Shown: positions 47,538 through 60,544 of the stretch, one piece after another
How the letters are laid out: every line of letters starts with the position of its first letter
Position numbering within the stretch: the first letter of the stretch is position 1
Source of the DNA: Octopus sinensis
Taxonomy: Eukaryota
Length of the DNA: 64,000 bases
Direction of reading: 5' to 3'
Assembly: GCF_006345805.1 (NCBI RefSeq)
Contig: NC_042997.1
Coordinates: 15,004,001-15,068,000 of the forward strand
Made by a program: the position numbers and the translations under genes
The notes under the pieces: generated by a model
Seen by the model: the letters and a program-made list of their open reading frames with translations, nothing else
The model's database searches: none
What the model was told of the DNA's origin: nothing

Positions 47538-47670
47538 TTATTATTATTAACTACTAATTAAGCAACCTCTATTAACGCTTCTGTGACCGTATTCCTAACA
47601 AAAATATATGGCCTCAATATTTTAATTTTTAAAATAAGATTTATAAAAACATTCAGTGAAAAGTTTGCCC

Positions 47671-48100
47671 CAGCCACATGACCTCAAGTTCAGTCCCACT
47701 TCATGTAGCACCTTGGACAGGTGTCTTCTATTATAGCCTCAGGCTGGCCAAAGCCTTGTGAATGGATTTAGTAAACAAAAACTGAAAAATGGCCGTATTA
47801 TATATCTGTATGTGTGTGTTTGTCCTCTACAACCGGTGTTGGTGTGTTTACATCCTTGTAACTTAGCAGTTTGGCAAAAGAGATCAACAGAATAAGTACC
47901 AGGCTTAAAAAAAAGTACTGGGATCAATTTTGCCTTTCATCCTTCCAGGATCAATAAGCACCAATCTAGGGCAGAGGTTTGGTAGAATTAGTAGATGGGA
48001 TGCTTTGCTTACGCACTGGGGTCGATGTAGTCGACTTAATCCCTTTGTCTGTCCTTGTTTGTCCCCTCTGTGTTTAGCCCCTTGTGGGTAGTAAAGAAAT
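47671..48100 (+). mobile_element. Fragmentary SINE A (47671-47925) and SINE D tail (48008-48100)
   Basis: Partial matches to other copies in the window. Confidence 0.7.
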
Positions 48101-48607
48101 ATATATTAAGGCTTTTTACATTCTGGGTCCAAATTCCACCATGGCTTCCTTGAGTGACTAGAATATAATTCACACCTGATTTAATGCTACTACTTGGTCA
48201 TATGTTGTCTTTAATGGATTCCACTTTCTTGCAAGATTTCTGGTTTGACAATAAACTTTCTGTTCCTCTTCATTAGTCCCCAAGGGCCTGAAAAGAGTCT
48301 TGGGCCCTTCCCTCTTGACTAAGCTATAAAAAAATATTTTTAAATATATAAGCTAATATGGAAAGGATTAAACAAAATATTTACTCTAGAAAAAATAAAG
48401 AAAATAGGATTTCCTCTTTAGTCATGTTGTGTGTGTGTGCGTGGTTTGTTTGCTTTTTTAACTTGTTTTCAGTATTTTGACTTATTTTTCAGGATTGTTT
48501 AATGTGACATGGATCCAAGTTTGACTTATTGAAGTAACCACATGCTTTACACAAAATTAGCAAAAAATTACTAGGTTTATAAAATTGATTACACCTTTTT
48601 TTTCATC

Positions 48608-48945
48608 TTTTACTTGTTTCAGTCATTGTACTGCTGCTATGCTGGGCCACCTCCTTGAAAGATTGACCCTAGTACTTATTTTTTAAAATCTGGCTTCTTA
48701 TTCTATTAGTTTGTTGCTGAACTGCTAAATTATGGGGACGTAAATGAACCGACACCAGATGTCAAATGTTGCGAGGAACAGACATATATATACAGAATGG
48801 GTTTGTTTCAGTTTCCATCAACCAAATCCACTCACAAAGCTTTGGTTGGCTCAAGGCTATACTAGAAAATCCATGTCCAATGCGCCACAAAGTGGGACTG
48901 AACCCAGAACTATGTAGTTGGAAGGCAAACTTCTTGCCATGCTTG
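48608..48945 (-). mobile_element. SINE family A, old copy
   Basis: Diverged reverse-complement copy. Confidence 0.75.
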
Positions 48946-49045
48946 CACCAATATATATATTCCTAACTGAAATGTAGGATGGCTCTTGAAATGGATGAAC
49001 ATTAGATGAAATTGCAGATTTTACTTTTAAAGATATATTTATGAC

Positions 49046-49255
49046 ATCATCATCATCATTGTTTAATGTCTGTTTTCCATGCTAGCATGGGTTGGATGGT
49101 TCGACAGGGGTCTGGGAAGCCAGAAGGCTGCACCAGACTCCAGTCTGATCTGGCAGTGTTTCTACAGCTGGATGCCCTTCCTAATGCCAACCACTCCGTA
49201 AGTGTAGTGGGTGCTTTTTACATGCCACTGGCACAGGTGCCAGGCGAGGCTGGCT
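49046..49255 (-). mobile_element. RTE 3' UTR fragment (family E)
   Basis: (CAT)n tail and family E motifs. Confidence 0.85.
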
Positions 49256-49494
49256 TTTAAAACCATTATCACTATACATATCTATATTTATATGTTGGGT
49301 TTAATTCTCAGGACTCCTTCAAGTTACATGGCATGGAGCAATAGGAGATATGTTATATTTATAAAATCTATAAGTTGACAGAAGAAATACTTTGATTCTT
49401 GTTGTTGAAAAAGCATATTTGTTACTTGTCTACATAGATTCACGAGTATTGCTTGAAATCTTTTATCGTATCAAGCTTGATGGAGCAGACTAGC

Positions 49495-50110
49495 CGGTTA
49501 CATCAATCCCAGTGCTCAACTGGTACTTATTTTATAAATCCCTAAAGGATGAAAGGCAAAGTCAACCTCAACAGAATTTGAACTTTGAACATAAAGACAG
49601 ATAAAATGCCTCTGGTGTGCTAACAATTCTGCCTGCTCACTGCCTTCATTAAAAGTAATAACAATAATTCTTCCTGCTCTAGGTACAAGGCCTGAAATTT
49701 GGTGGGAAGGGACTACTCAATTACATCAAACCCTGGTGTTTCACTGGTACTTAATTATCGACACTGAAAGGATGAAAGGTGAAGTCAACCGCGGCAGAAC
49801 TTGAACCCAGAATGTAGCAGCAGATGAAATACCTATTTCTTTATTACCCACAAGGGGCTAAACACAGAGGGGACAAACAAGGACAGACATAGGTATTAAG
49901 TCGATTACATCGACCCCAGTGCGTAACTGGTACTTAATTTATCGACCCTGAAAGGATGAAAGGCAAAGTCAACCTCGGCGGAATTTGAACTCACAACGTA
50001 ACGCAGACGAAATACCGCTAAGCATTTTGCCCGGCGTGCTAACGTTTCTGCCAGCTCGCCACAGATGAAATACCACTAAGCGTTTTGTCTGGCATGCTAA
50101 AGATTCTGCC
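49495..50110 (-). mobile_element. Cluster of nested and tandem SINE D copies (young copy at 49834-50061)
   Basis: Three gaaaggatgaaagg central domains; the young copy splits an older copy at agatgaaatacc. Confidence 0.85.
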
Positions 50111-50459
50111 TTAATAATAATAATAATAATAATCCTGTCTACTATAAGCACAAGGCTTAAAATTTGAGGTAGAGGATTATTAATGAGAATATTGTATATA
50201 GTATTCAGGTGTGCCACAACTCATCAGGTTGATAGAAAGTTTGTTATTTCAGCTGCAAAGCGAATAAGCTGGACTCCATTGCTCTTGTCTATCCTCGCTG
50301 TTCTTTCCCAAGCTTCAATATCATCATCATCATCATTATTTAAGCTCCACTTATCCTTGCAACTTAGAATAACAGCCAAGTACCAAGGTCAATGGAATCA
50401 ACTTGATTCCTCCTCCTAAAAAGTTCCAGAGGAAGGCAGATGAAAAATCTGACTCAGGT

Positions 50460-50815
50460 CAGACAAATTTATTGAAGCAAAATTTCCACAACCTGATGCT
50501 CTCCCTGTCACAAACCCTCACTTGTTTTCCATGCAAGGTAATATTTTCTCCCCATGACCAAACATGTTTTTGACAGAGGACTAGAAATTTAATAACATCG
50601 CTTGTATGATGGTGATGCTCATTTACAACCATTATGTGATGTCAAGACAAGGTACACCCACACATACATATGATGGGCTTTTTTCAGTTTTTGATCTACT
50701 AAATAGTAGAAAACACTTGCAATATTTGGAAAAAGTTGCCCAAGGTGCCACACTGTAGGACAACCTGAGACCTCACAGTTGGGAAGTAAGCTTCATAACC
50801 ACACAGCAAAGCCTT
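50460..50815 (-). mobile_element. SINE with an A-like head and an RTE-like tail (family G), degenerate
   Basis: Head ttgcccaaggtgccac; tail homologous to 63700-63935. Confidence 0.6.
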
Positions 50816-50917
50816 CAGCTTATATCTTCAAAGCTACATCCCACTACTAAATCTTGGCACTCTTTCTCCTAATACACATAATGCATTTATGCTACATAAC
50901 CACACCTCTCTCTCTCT

Positions 50918-51171
50918 TTTACTCTTTTACTTGTTTCAGTCATTTGACTGTGGCCATGCTGGAGCACCGCCTTTAATCGAGCAACTCGACCCCAGGACTT
51001 ATTCTTTTGTAAGCCCAGTACTTATTTTATCGGTCTCTTTTGCCGAACTGCAAAGTAACGGGGACATAAACACACCAGCATCGGTTGTCAAGCAATGCTA
51101 GGGGGACAAACACAGACACACAAACACACACACGCATATATATACGACGGGCTTCTTTCAGTTTCCGTCTA
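50918..51171 (-). mobile_element. SINE family A, 5'-truncated
   Basis: Tail and microsatellite part only. Confidence 0.88.
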
Positions 51172-52028
51172 GTGCTGGTGCTGTGATAAAAGCACCCAGT
51201 ATACTCTGTAAAAACCAAGCCAAAAAAATAATGTGAGCAAGATGAGGTCCCCTGACCCATCTAGGGGAGCAGTATCCCTGAGTGCATGCTAATTCCAGCC
51301 GTGACGAGGACCCACCAAACCAATCTATGCCAACGAGGAAAATAGACATAAAACATTGATGATTTAAATGTAGTTTGCATATATCCTATAAACTACTGCT
51401 ACTACTGTTGCTGCTGTTTGTGTATCTAATATGTGAGAATGCAAAACTGCTACTTTTATGGCTGCTGTTATCTTTAAGAAATATGATTCTTGTCTTACCC
51501 CCACCCCAACCCATATACTTTTCCTTTATTTATTTATATATGGTTTTTTCATTTATGTTGTCATTCTCCCAGCAATCAAAATCTGTAACAATTCCAGAAA
51601 AAAAAGTTACAATACCAGCAGTTTTTATCCCCCTTCCTCTAATACCTATTAAACTTTTTTTAGTTATTTATGATAAAATTTTTTCATATCGCTGCAAATC
51701 ATTAGCTATCTAGCTACCTATAGCAAGCAAATAATTCTGTACAATAGGGATGGTTTTATCTATTACTGTATACAATAGTTCACAACAATTTTATCCATCT
51801 CTAACATTTTTCTACTAAGATTGAAACTGAACACCAACCCTATAATTTACTGTTCAGATTTGTGAAAGCAATGTGCACTGACTAAATAGACTGTTTTTCT
51901 TTTAATTATTTATTCAAATTTATGCAGTTGCACTGGAAGACTAAATTGAGTATAGTTAAGTACTTGGCTTACAATTCTTAATTTTGACACAAGGCCAGTA
52001 AATTTTAGGATGGTGGGGCAAGTTGATT

Positions 52029-52607
52029 CTTCTTTTTCTTACAGCATTCACCCAGGGTGGGTTGAGCTGGCTTCATTCATCCTCAATGCTGCATTTCTCA
52101 CAAATGTCGACCAGGCCTGGCGATTTGAGGCTAACGACCGCGTGATCTCCAACCACTCCTTATTCCAGCTGTGAACGCTGTAGATATGGGGGCCTAGGTT
52201 GGGTTCCAGATCAGCCTTGACTGTCATCAGCTAGGTTTTTCGTTGTCCACCACATTGCTTTCACCAGCCCTGAAGGGGAGCTGGGGAAATTGCTTCGTAG
52301 ATGAATTCTCCTGGTTGACGACGGAGGGCATGACCCAGCCAACGCAGACATCTCGTTAGGATGACTTGTCGGAGGGAGGTGATTCTGCACTGGTGTCGCA
52401 CCGAATTGTTGGAGACAAAGTGATGCCATTGGACATGAAGGATACGGCGTAGACAGAGGTGATCGAAGGATTCTAGTCGCTTAATATCTTCCACTCTCAT
52501 TGGCCATGACTTGCTGCCGTAAAGGAGAATTGTTTGCACTAGTGCTTGGTAGATCCGTACTTTGGTGGTGCGTCGGATCTCAGATCTTGCCCAGAGTCAT
52601 GCACTGA
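52029..52607 (-). mobile_element. 5'-truncated RTE-clade LINE, a family distinct from E, with TSD
   Basis: KVRIYQALVQTILLYGSKSW...CLRRIL...LRWLGHALR...GGQRKT...ASSTHPG*. 11-bp TSD GCAAGTTGATT at 52018-52028 and 52608-52618; inserted into an old SINE D. Confidence 0.92.
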
Positions 52608-52821
52608 GCAAGTTGATTACATTGGCCCAACTACTTGGCTGTTATTTTATTTCATCAATCCCGAAAAGATGAGAGGCAAGGTTGACCTTGGCAAGATTTG
52701 AACTTAAAATGTAAAGAATCAGAAGAAATGTCACTAAGTATATTTGTCAATGTGCAAATAATTCTGATGGCTTGTCATTTTATGCTTTACTTATAATGAA
52801 TGCAATATCTGTAGCAAATGA

Positions 52822-53312
52822 GCCGAGCTGGCAGAACCATTAGCATGGCAGACAAAATACTTAGCAACATTTCATGTGTCTTTCTGTTCTGAGTTGACTT
52901 TGCTTTTCATCCTTTCAGGGTTGATAAAATAAGTACCAATGGAGATCAATGTAACTGACTTACTCCCTCCTGAACTTGTTGGCCCTGTGACAAAATTTTA
53001 AACCAATAATCTAAACCAATAATCTTAATTTTGGAGAGATTTCTGTCTGACACTTCCAATATGTTGTCAGTGAAAAAGCAAATATTTTAAATAATATTTA
53101 TTTCTTTACTGCCCACAAGGGGCTAAACACAGAGGGGACAAACGGATTAGGTCGATTACATCGACCCCAGTGTGAAACTGGTACTTTATTTATCGACCCC
53201 GAAAGGATGAAAGGCAAAGTCGACCTCAGCGGAATTTGAACTCAGGACGTAATGGCAGATGAAATACGGCTACGCATTTCGCCCGGTGTGCTAATGTTTC
53301 TGCCAGCTCGCC
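52822..53312. mobile_element. Two SINE D copies in inverted orientation (52822-53005 +, 53099-53312 -)
   Basis: Family D head and central domain on opposite strands. Confidence 0.82.
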
Positions 53313-53474
53313 ATCTTAAATAATATTGTTCTGTTATTGATACAAGTGCAGGCATAACTGTGTGGCTAAGAATCTTACTTTTCAATCACATGCTTTCAGG
53401 TTAAGTCCCACTTTGCAGCACCTTGGGTGTGTAATTTTTTCAATATCCCAGGATAAATGGAAATTGTAGTTAAG

Positions 53475-53779
53475 ATACCCATGCCGGTGACACATAAAAA
53501 GCACCGTCCAAACGTAGCAGGTGCCAGTGCCGCCTGACTGGCGTCTGTATTGGTGACACGTAAAAGCACCAACTGATCGTGGCCATTTGCCAGCCTCCCC
53601 TGGCACGTAAAAAGCACCCACTACACTCACGAAGTGGTTGGCTTTAGGAAGGGCATCCAGCTGTAGAAACACTGCCAGATCAGACTGGAGCCTGGTGCAG
53701 CCTCCAGGCCTCCCAGACCCTGGTCGAACCATCCAACGCATGCTAGCATGGAAAACGGACGTTAAACGATGATGATGAT
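53475..53779 (+). mobile_element. RTE 3' UTR fragment (family E)
   Basis: 3 tandem units and a (GAT)n tail. Confidence 0.85.
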
Positions 53780-54161
53780 AATCAATGCCTCATGAGTGAA
53801 ATTGGCAGACAGAAACTGTGTGGAAGCCTGTTTACGTGTGCATATCTTTGGGTTTACGTTTACTCTCTCCACTGCTTGACGACTGTTGGTTTGGTTATGT
53901 CAGTATAACTTAGTAATTCAGCAAAAGACATTGATACAATAAGTACTAGATTTAAAAATAAGTGCTGAGGATGGTTTGTTAGACTAAACCCTTCAAGGTA
54001 GTGCCCCAGTATGGTTGCAGTCCAATGAATGAAACAAGTAAAAGTTAAAAGATAATGGTAACAAAATCTATGAAAAAAAAATGGATCATAAGATTATCAT
54101 CAAAACTTCCTTTTCATGAGATTTACCTTAAGTAAAATCAGTAGCGTTCATCACTCTTTAA

Positions 54162-54381
54162 TACTTTCATTACCAACCCGGCTGAAACCAGCTCTGGCTC
54201 TGAGTACAAATGTTTTGTTTTCATAAGTTTTGAATTAAAATCTTCTACCAAATCTTAGTCACAATTTATGTTCCTAACACTAGCTAAATGATAACTAAGT
54301 TATTTTATTAAATTCTTTGTTATATTTAAAGTAATTGAAAGAAATACAGAGCATCTCAAAATAAATACAGTCACGAAAGGG
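54162..54381. mobile_element. piggyBac-like MITE family F1
   Basis: TTAA flanks; closely similar to 35037-35252. Confidence 0.88.
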
Positions 54382-54860
54382 TTAAGATTTATCCAGAGGA
54401 GAATTTTAATTCAACTCAACAAACTAAGCTATTGAGGTAACCTCTGATTGGTTGATGACCCACCAGGAATTGTAGCTGAACCACTCATATCACAATGTCT
54501 TTGAAAGAGGAAAGCCATGACAAACTATATCTGAGGATGAAGAGTTGGTCATGAATGGCTTGATCATAGGTCTGTTCCACTAGGAAAATCAAGCAAAAAA
54601 TAAGTCACTCACAAAGACGTATATAATTGTATGTACCATGTTTTCATGAATTATTTTAGATGCTTGTGTAATTGCAAGCAAGCATAAACACTGTCTTGGT
54701 AGTCTCAGCCGACCCTTGATCCGGTGGAGCATCCAGAATGTGATAAATAGAGGGAGAAACAGCTGCACCAGCACTCAGCTGGTACTCATTACAGCTGAGT
54801 TGACTGGAGCAATGTGAAATCAAGTGCCTTGCTTAAAAACACAACCCACAGCTCAGTTAA

Positions 54861-55195
54861 CCCTTTTGATACCAACCTGCCTGAAACCGCCTCTGGTTCT
54901 GTGATACAAATGCCTTGTTTTCAAAAGTTCTGAACTAAAATCTTCCACCAAACCTTAGTCACAATTCACGTTCCTAACTCTAGCTTTATTTTACTAAATT
55001 CTTTGCTACATCATCATCATCGTTTAACGTCCGTTTTCCATGCTAGCATGGGTTGGACGGTTCAACCGGAGTCTGGGAAGCCAGAAGGCTGCGCCAGGCC
55101 CAGTCTGATCTGGCAATGTTTCTATGGCTGGATGCCCTTCCTAACGCCTTGAAATAAACACAGAGCATCTCAGCAGAAATATGGTAACAAAAGGG
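54861..55195. mobile_element. F1 MITE containing an RTE tail (55009-55148), inserted in a minus-strand CORE SINE (about 54655-55250)
   Basis: TTAA-CCCTTTTGATACC...GGTAACAAAAGGG-TTAA; CORE motif cagctgagttgactggagcaa lies to the left. Confidence 0.82.
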
Positions 55196-55899
55196 TTAAG
55201 GAATTGAACCCACAACTTTTTTGATTGCAAGTTTGTAAGCACTAGGCTTAGGCTACATAACTGCACTCAGTCAGAGCTAAACAACTGTATTAGTTTTACA
55301 TTACTGCTTACCCTGCAGTAATCTATTTGCTACTAGTTAGACCACAACACCAGAGAGTTAGCTGTCTGTCAACACACGCGATAGCTGTCTGATACTCTAT
55401 TCTCTTTGCCACCCATTCTCTTTCATACATATATATGTGGATGTGTGTGTGTATCTGCAGATATAGTATGGTTCTATTTTTATAAAATTTTTCTTAACTA
55501 AAACATAAAGCGATTGAAACAAGTTAGTCAGGAATGTGTATGTGCAGTTTAATGTCTATGCATTTTGTTCATTTGCTTGTTCATTTTATATCTGCTTTGC
55601 CATACTTGCATAGGTTAAACAGAAACATAATAAGGGCATTGTTTTACAGGCAGATGACCCTTAGGTCACTAATTCTTACCTGTTTTTCAAGTAAGGGGGT
55701 TTTCATTCCACTTCTCTTTGAAAGTGTAGAGCTTTCAGATGATTTAATGAGAAGGAAATGTCAACAAACATTGCTAGCCTTAGTCTTAGCTTAGTGCAGT
55801 ATGCAAGTGTTCACACACTCACACTTCATTTTGTTGAACTGAATTAAAATTCTCCTCTGGATAAAACTCAAAGAGTGATGAACTCTGTTCTATATTTTA

Positions 55900-56050
55900 G
55901 AGATGAGAAATTCTGTACATTATTTACATTGGACGGATATGTGTCCTCATCTTGTTTGTTGTTATCACAATGTTTCAGCTGATTTACTCTCCAGCCTTCA
56001 TCAGGTTCCTGGTAGAATTTTAAAGCCAACCCCCTAAGCAGACCTAGTGC
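55900..56050 (-). mobile_element. Penelope-like element terminal fragment with a hammerhead ribozyme core
   Basis: Minus strand CCTGATGAAGGCTG-gagagtaaat-CAGCTGAAACA, i.e. CUGAUGA / stem II / GAAA. Confidence 0.65.
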
Positions 56051-56728
56051 AGATATGAGTAGAATATGGGAACCAACCCTTTCGTTACCGTATTTATTTT
56101 GAGATGCTCTGCGTTTCTTCCAATTATTTTTAAATCTAACAAAACTGTTGAGCTACAAACAGTATCATATTGCAAGAGTTGATAATCTGTGTCAAAGATT
56201 ATATAGTAAGATAAACTTAAATAACATTTAAACGATATTATGTTAAGTTTACATTTACTGAATTTAACGTTAAAATTTCCTTCTAAAATAGCATAATACA
56301 TTAGTGAAGAAACTCATTCTTAAGATACATGCCAAGACAGCCTCTATATGGTTGCTTAAACTGCTAAAAATAACAACCATATTCCCCCAATCACACACTC
56401 TCTTAAACAAAAAAACATATAAGATCATGTAGTCCCGGATACTCTTAAAAAAGACAGAATAGTCAAGTATGAAAAATCTTTGATCATAGATCTGATTAAT
56501 CAAGGATGAACAACTAGCCAAGATCTTTAAAGTATAAACTAGTAGATTTAAGTCTGAATTCTTAGAACAGCATATTTTGATTTTGTATTTGATTTGCAAG
56601 ACTCTTCATGTAAACTTGCATATTTAGATATATTTTCCTGTATCTCAAGAGGGCCACTTTGTCAATAATAAACACATTTGCATTTATTGATTGTTTGATT
56701 GATCATTTAGTCAATCAGCAAGATAATC

Positions 56729-57075
56729 TGAGCTGAGACCCCTTTCGGTCATGACTGACCATGGGATTACACCTAGAAAATTACTCTCCCAGGCACAAGT
56801 CCGGGCAAGGTTGTTTATGGAAGACCAGCAGTTGCCCATGCATACCGGCCTCCCCTCTCCACGTCTCCAGTGTTATCCAAGGGAAAGGCAAAGGGGCCGA
56901 TACAGCTTGGCACCTGTGACATTGCAACTCATTTCTACAGCTGAGTGAACTGGAGCAACGTGAAATAAAGTGTCTTGCTCAAGAACGCAACACGCAGCCC
57001 AGTCCAGAATTTGAACTCACAACCTCATGATCGTAACCTCGACACTCTAACCACTGAGCCATGTCCTTCACTGCT
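56729..57075 (-). mobile_element. SINE family B, full length
   Basis: Reverse complement of 1520-1865; TSD AGATAATC at 56721-56728 and 57076-57083. Confidence 0.92.
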
Positions 57076-57451
57076 AGATAATCAATGCTTAAATAATTGA
57101 CTAATAAAAATAAAGAAATGAAATAAACCAATGCATATATTTATTGACATAATGACCCTCCTAAGATACAACAAATCTTAGAACAGCATGTCTCATAATA
57201 AAGGTGGCTTAGACACAGTTGCAGATGCCATCCGAATGTTTCATTTCTCTAGTTACCTCTTATATATGCTCACTCAGCCAGAACTGTCTGAGGCTTCTCA
57301 AGAAAAACATAACAAAGAACAAGTGTAAGTAACATTTTCTAGATGAGCTATTTAACATTGTATGATGGAAGTAGTAGTATAAGCTCTTTCTCTGAGTTTT
57401 TTTTTTTCATCATTCCAGATGTCGGTACTCCTGTAGAAAGTAAATGGTTAA

Positions 57452-57660
57452 CCCTTTAGTGTTCAGATTATTCTATCAAACATAATGCTTATTGATTTGA
57501 ATTAATCATGCATTATCTCATATCTTCAAGATCTTGATGGTGTAATTACTTAATGTGGAATAACATTGTAGGGTAGGTGTGAGAGCCTGGATCTGGTCAG
57601 TTTGAACATAAAACAGATTAACTATTTCGGCCGGATATGGCCGGTTTAAATACTAAAGGG
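57452..57660. mobile_element. piggyBac-like MITE family F2
   Basis: TTAA TSD; near-identical to 32952-33170. Confidence 0.93.
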
Positions 57661-57970
57661 TTAAATTAACTTGACTCTAGTTCTCAAACAAAACTTAAGG
57701 CTAACATTTTATACTAAGACATGTAAAACAACAACAACAGCATTTTTAGAGCTTTGCATTAATTACGTGCTTTTCAAAATTTTAATATGTTTTATATTTG
57801 GCATTCATGTCTTGAGGATAATATATTTTTAAAAATTATATTGGTCATTATTAGACTTTATAAGAGATACTTTCCATATCGTCAAACCAATCAGAAGAGA
57901 TGCAAGCATCAGATCAATTAAAGAGTGTTTCTTTAGACTGATAAGAAAAAAAATGTAACTGTTTAGAGAA

Positions 57971-58338
57971 GCACAGGCATAGCTGTGTGGTAAGAAGCTT
58001 ACTTCCCAACCACATGATTTTGGGTTCAGTCCCACTGTGTGACATCTTGAAGTGTCTTCTACTGTAACTATGGGCTTACCAAAGTCATGTGAGTAAATTT
58101 GGTAGATGGAAACAGAAAGAAGCCCACTGTGTGTGTTTGTCTCCCATCACTGCTTGATAACTAGTGTTGGTTTGTTTATGTCTCCATAACTTAGTGGTTC
58201 AGCAAAAGAGATTGACAGAGACCAGGCTTTAAAAATATATATAATAAAGTATTGGAGTTGATTCATTCAACTAAAACTCTTCAAGGTGGTGCTCCAGCAT
58301 GGCAAAATTCTAATGACTGAAACAAATAAATGATAAGA
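57971..58338 (+). mobile_element. SINE family A, old copy
   Basis: Diverged head, CORE-like domain and tail. Confidence 0.78.
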
Positions 58339-58842
58339 TATAACAGCAATTTATAATGTGAAAATTAACAACAACCACAACTGTTTCAATGGCAACTGAA
58401 CAGTTGAAAAAAGAAGAAGACGAAATGAAAATATCAGAAGAGAATTTTAGATAAGAGAGATTCACCTGAGAATCAAATTATTCATATCTCCTGTAACTAG
58501 TCACTGCAAAACAACAGGTCATATATATTTATTCTTCACCTTGATAACAAAAATTGCAAGATAAATATAAAAAAAAAACAGAAATTGTTCCAAGATTCAC
58601 TTGAATAATGATATCATTTTTTTTTATCGATATCATACTAGAAAAAAAAAGAATATACAACAGCAGGATTTCCCATGATGCACTTGAGTATGTAGAATGA
58701 ATTAAAAAAAACAGCATTTCTTTTCAGGAGTCAGAGTGGATTCACTAATGAAAAGATGGAAGTTAGTCTAAGTAACTACTGTTGTTTCCAATGATTTTTT
58801 TTAAAAGAAAAAAATTAATGTATTTCTTAATTGCTACATATG

Positions 58843-59137
58843 AAGGTGCAATGGCCCAGTGGTTAGGGCAGCGGACTCGCGGTCGGAGGATCGCGTTTTC
58901 GATTCCCAGACCAGGCGTGTGTGTTTATTGAGCGAAAACATCTAAAGTTCCATGAGGCTCCAGCAGGGGGTGGTGGCGACCCCTGTTGTACTCTTTCACC
59001 CCAACTTTCTCTCTTTCTTCCTGTTTCTTGAGTAACACTGCGATGGACTGGCGTCCCGTCCAGCTGAAGGGAACACATATGCCATAGAAACCAGGAAACT
59101 AGGCCCATGAGCCTGGCTAGGCTTGGAAAGGGTGCAT
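58843..59137 (+). mobile_element. SINE family C, full length
   Basis: Homologous to 27478-27780. Confidence 0.9.
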
Positions 59138-59946
59138 AAATAAAAAATAAATAATTGCTACATAATTGACCCTGTAAATGAGAAAAATAAAAAGTGCATT
59201 GATGATAAATAGTAAATTATATGTTTTTGATATTATACATTGATAGATGTTTTGATAGAAGCAGAAATCAAACTTTATGATCCCACTTGTGCTTTCCAAA
59301 AAGGGAGAAAACACCATGAAGTTATGATTTAAAAGAAAGAACAATATATTTATAAATTTTCATTTTCCAATTTCTTATAAGGTAGAAGAATTTGTTCCAC
59401 TTTTCAATTCTCAGTTCTGCTGATTTACCATATTTCAAAAGCATTGCACTCAAATCAATGTATACTAAGTTTTTTTAACTAAGAGGAATAAATCAATATA
59501 TTTCAAATCACATCAACTTATCATAATTTCTTTCAAGTGTTACCAAATTTTCTTTGCATGTGAGATGCATTGGACATTTAAACATCGTCCTGAACATTTT
59601 AACATCTATTTTTCAATGAGGTTGGACAGGTTCTTTGCACAGTGTTTGCCTTGGTCTTTCATCATCTTTTCTTTGAAATCCAGCATCTTGAGATCTGATC
59701 TCTCCATTTTTTTCTCCCATCATCTTGGGTCTTAGTCTTCTGTGAGTATCCACCTTTAACCTGCACAGCAGTGCTTTGTCTCAGTACTCATCAAGTTGTA
59801 GAAATCATGGTTTTCATCAGCTAAATTCTCATGTTTAAAGTAAAAGACATTTACCCAAGGTGCTGTGTAGTGGCATCTAACCTGGAAACATATGGCTGCA
59901 AAGTGAACTTCTTAGTCACACAACTGTGTGTTATCCTAATCATTAA

Positions 59947-60165
59947 CCCTTTTGTTACTGTATTTTTTTTCAATGCTCTGTGTTTCTTTCAATTACTTTA
60001 AATATAACAAAGAATTTAGTAAAATAACTTAATTACCATTAAGCTAGTGTTAGGAACATAAATTGTGACTAAGGTTTGGTGGAAGATTTTAATTCCAAAC
60101 TTATGAAAACAAGACATTTGTACCCAGAGCCAGAGCTGGTTTCAGCTGGGTTGGTAACGAAAGGG
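59947..60165. mobile_element. piggyBac-like MITE family F1
   Basis: TTAA-CCCTTTTGTTAC...GTAACGAAAGGG-TTAA. Confidence 0.9.
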
Positions 60166-60313
60166 TTAAACCTCATTTGCAGAGCACTTATTAACCTCAG
60201 TCAACAATAATTCTCTTCTACAATAGTTGTCCTTGTTTTTAGCCACTGTTATCACTGATATAGGGTCAAATAAGAAGCAGTGAATTATCAGAAGCACAAA
60301 AATATTATATTAA

Positions 60314-60544
60314 CTTTTTAGCATTTAAACCAGCAGTATCAGGCCAAGATCTTCTAGCTTTTTATTGTTCAAACCAGCCAGATCCAACCTCTGAAACCTG
60401 TCATTAGGATGACATTGTAATGCCATCTAAATAATAAACAGTTGCATCACCAAAATCTCAGAGCTATGAGACAATTCTTGATTAATTCAAAACAATCTAT
60501 TGAACAAGCATTACATTTGACACGGTGATCTGAATGATAAAGGG
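60314..60544. mobile_element. piggyBac-like MITE family F2, degenerate
   Basis: ttaactttttagcatttaaacc...gaatgataaagggttaa. Confidence 0.75.

Larger units (their letters stand above)
54144..55885. mobile_element. Putative non-autonomous DNA transposon bounded by about 55-bp inverted repeats
   Basis: After removing the F1 MITE at 54162-54381, gcgttcatcactctttaagatttatccagaggagaattttaattcaactcaacaaa is the reverse complement of about 55830-55885. No TSD seen. Confidence 0.55.

Noticed and set aside
57419-57439. Strong acceptor followed by a possible micro-exon; likewise a minus-strand donor near 55678 and ORF 61105-61293
   Set aside because: No consistent multi-exon reading frame or recognisable protein similarity, so no second gene can be supported.
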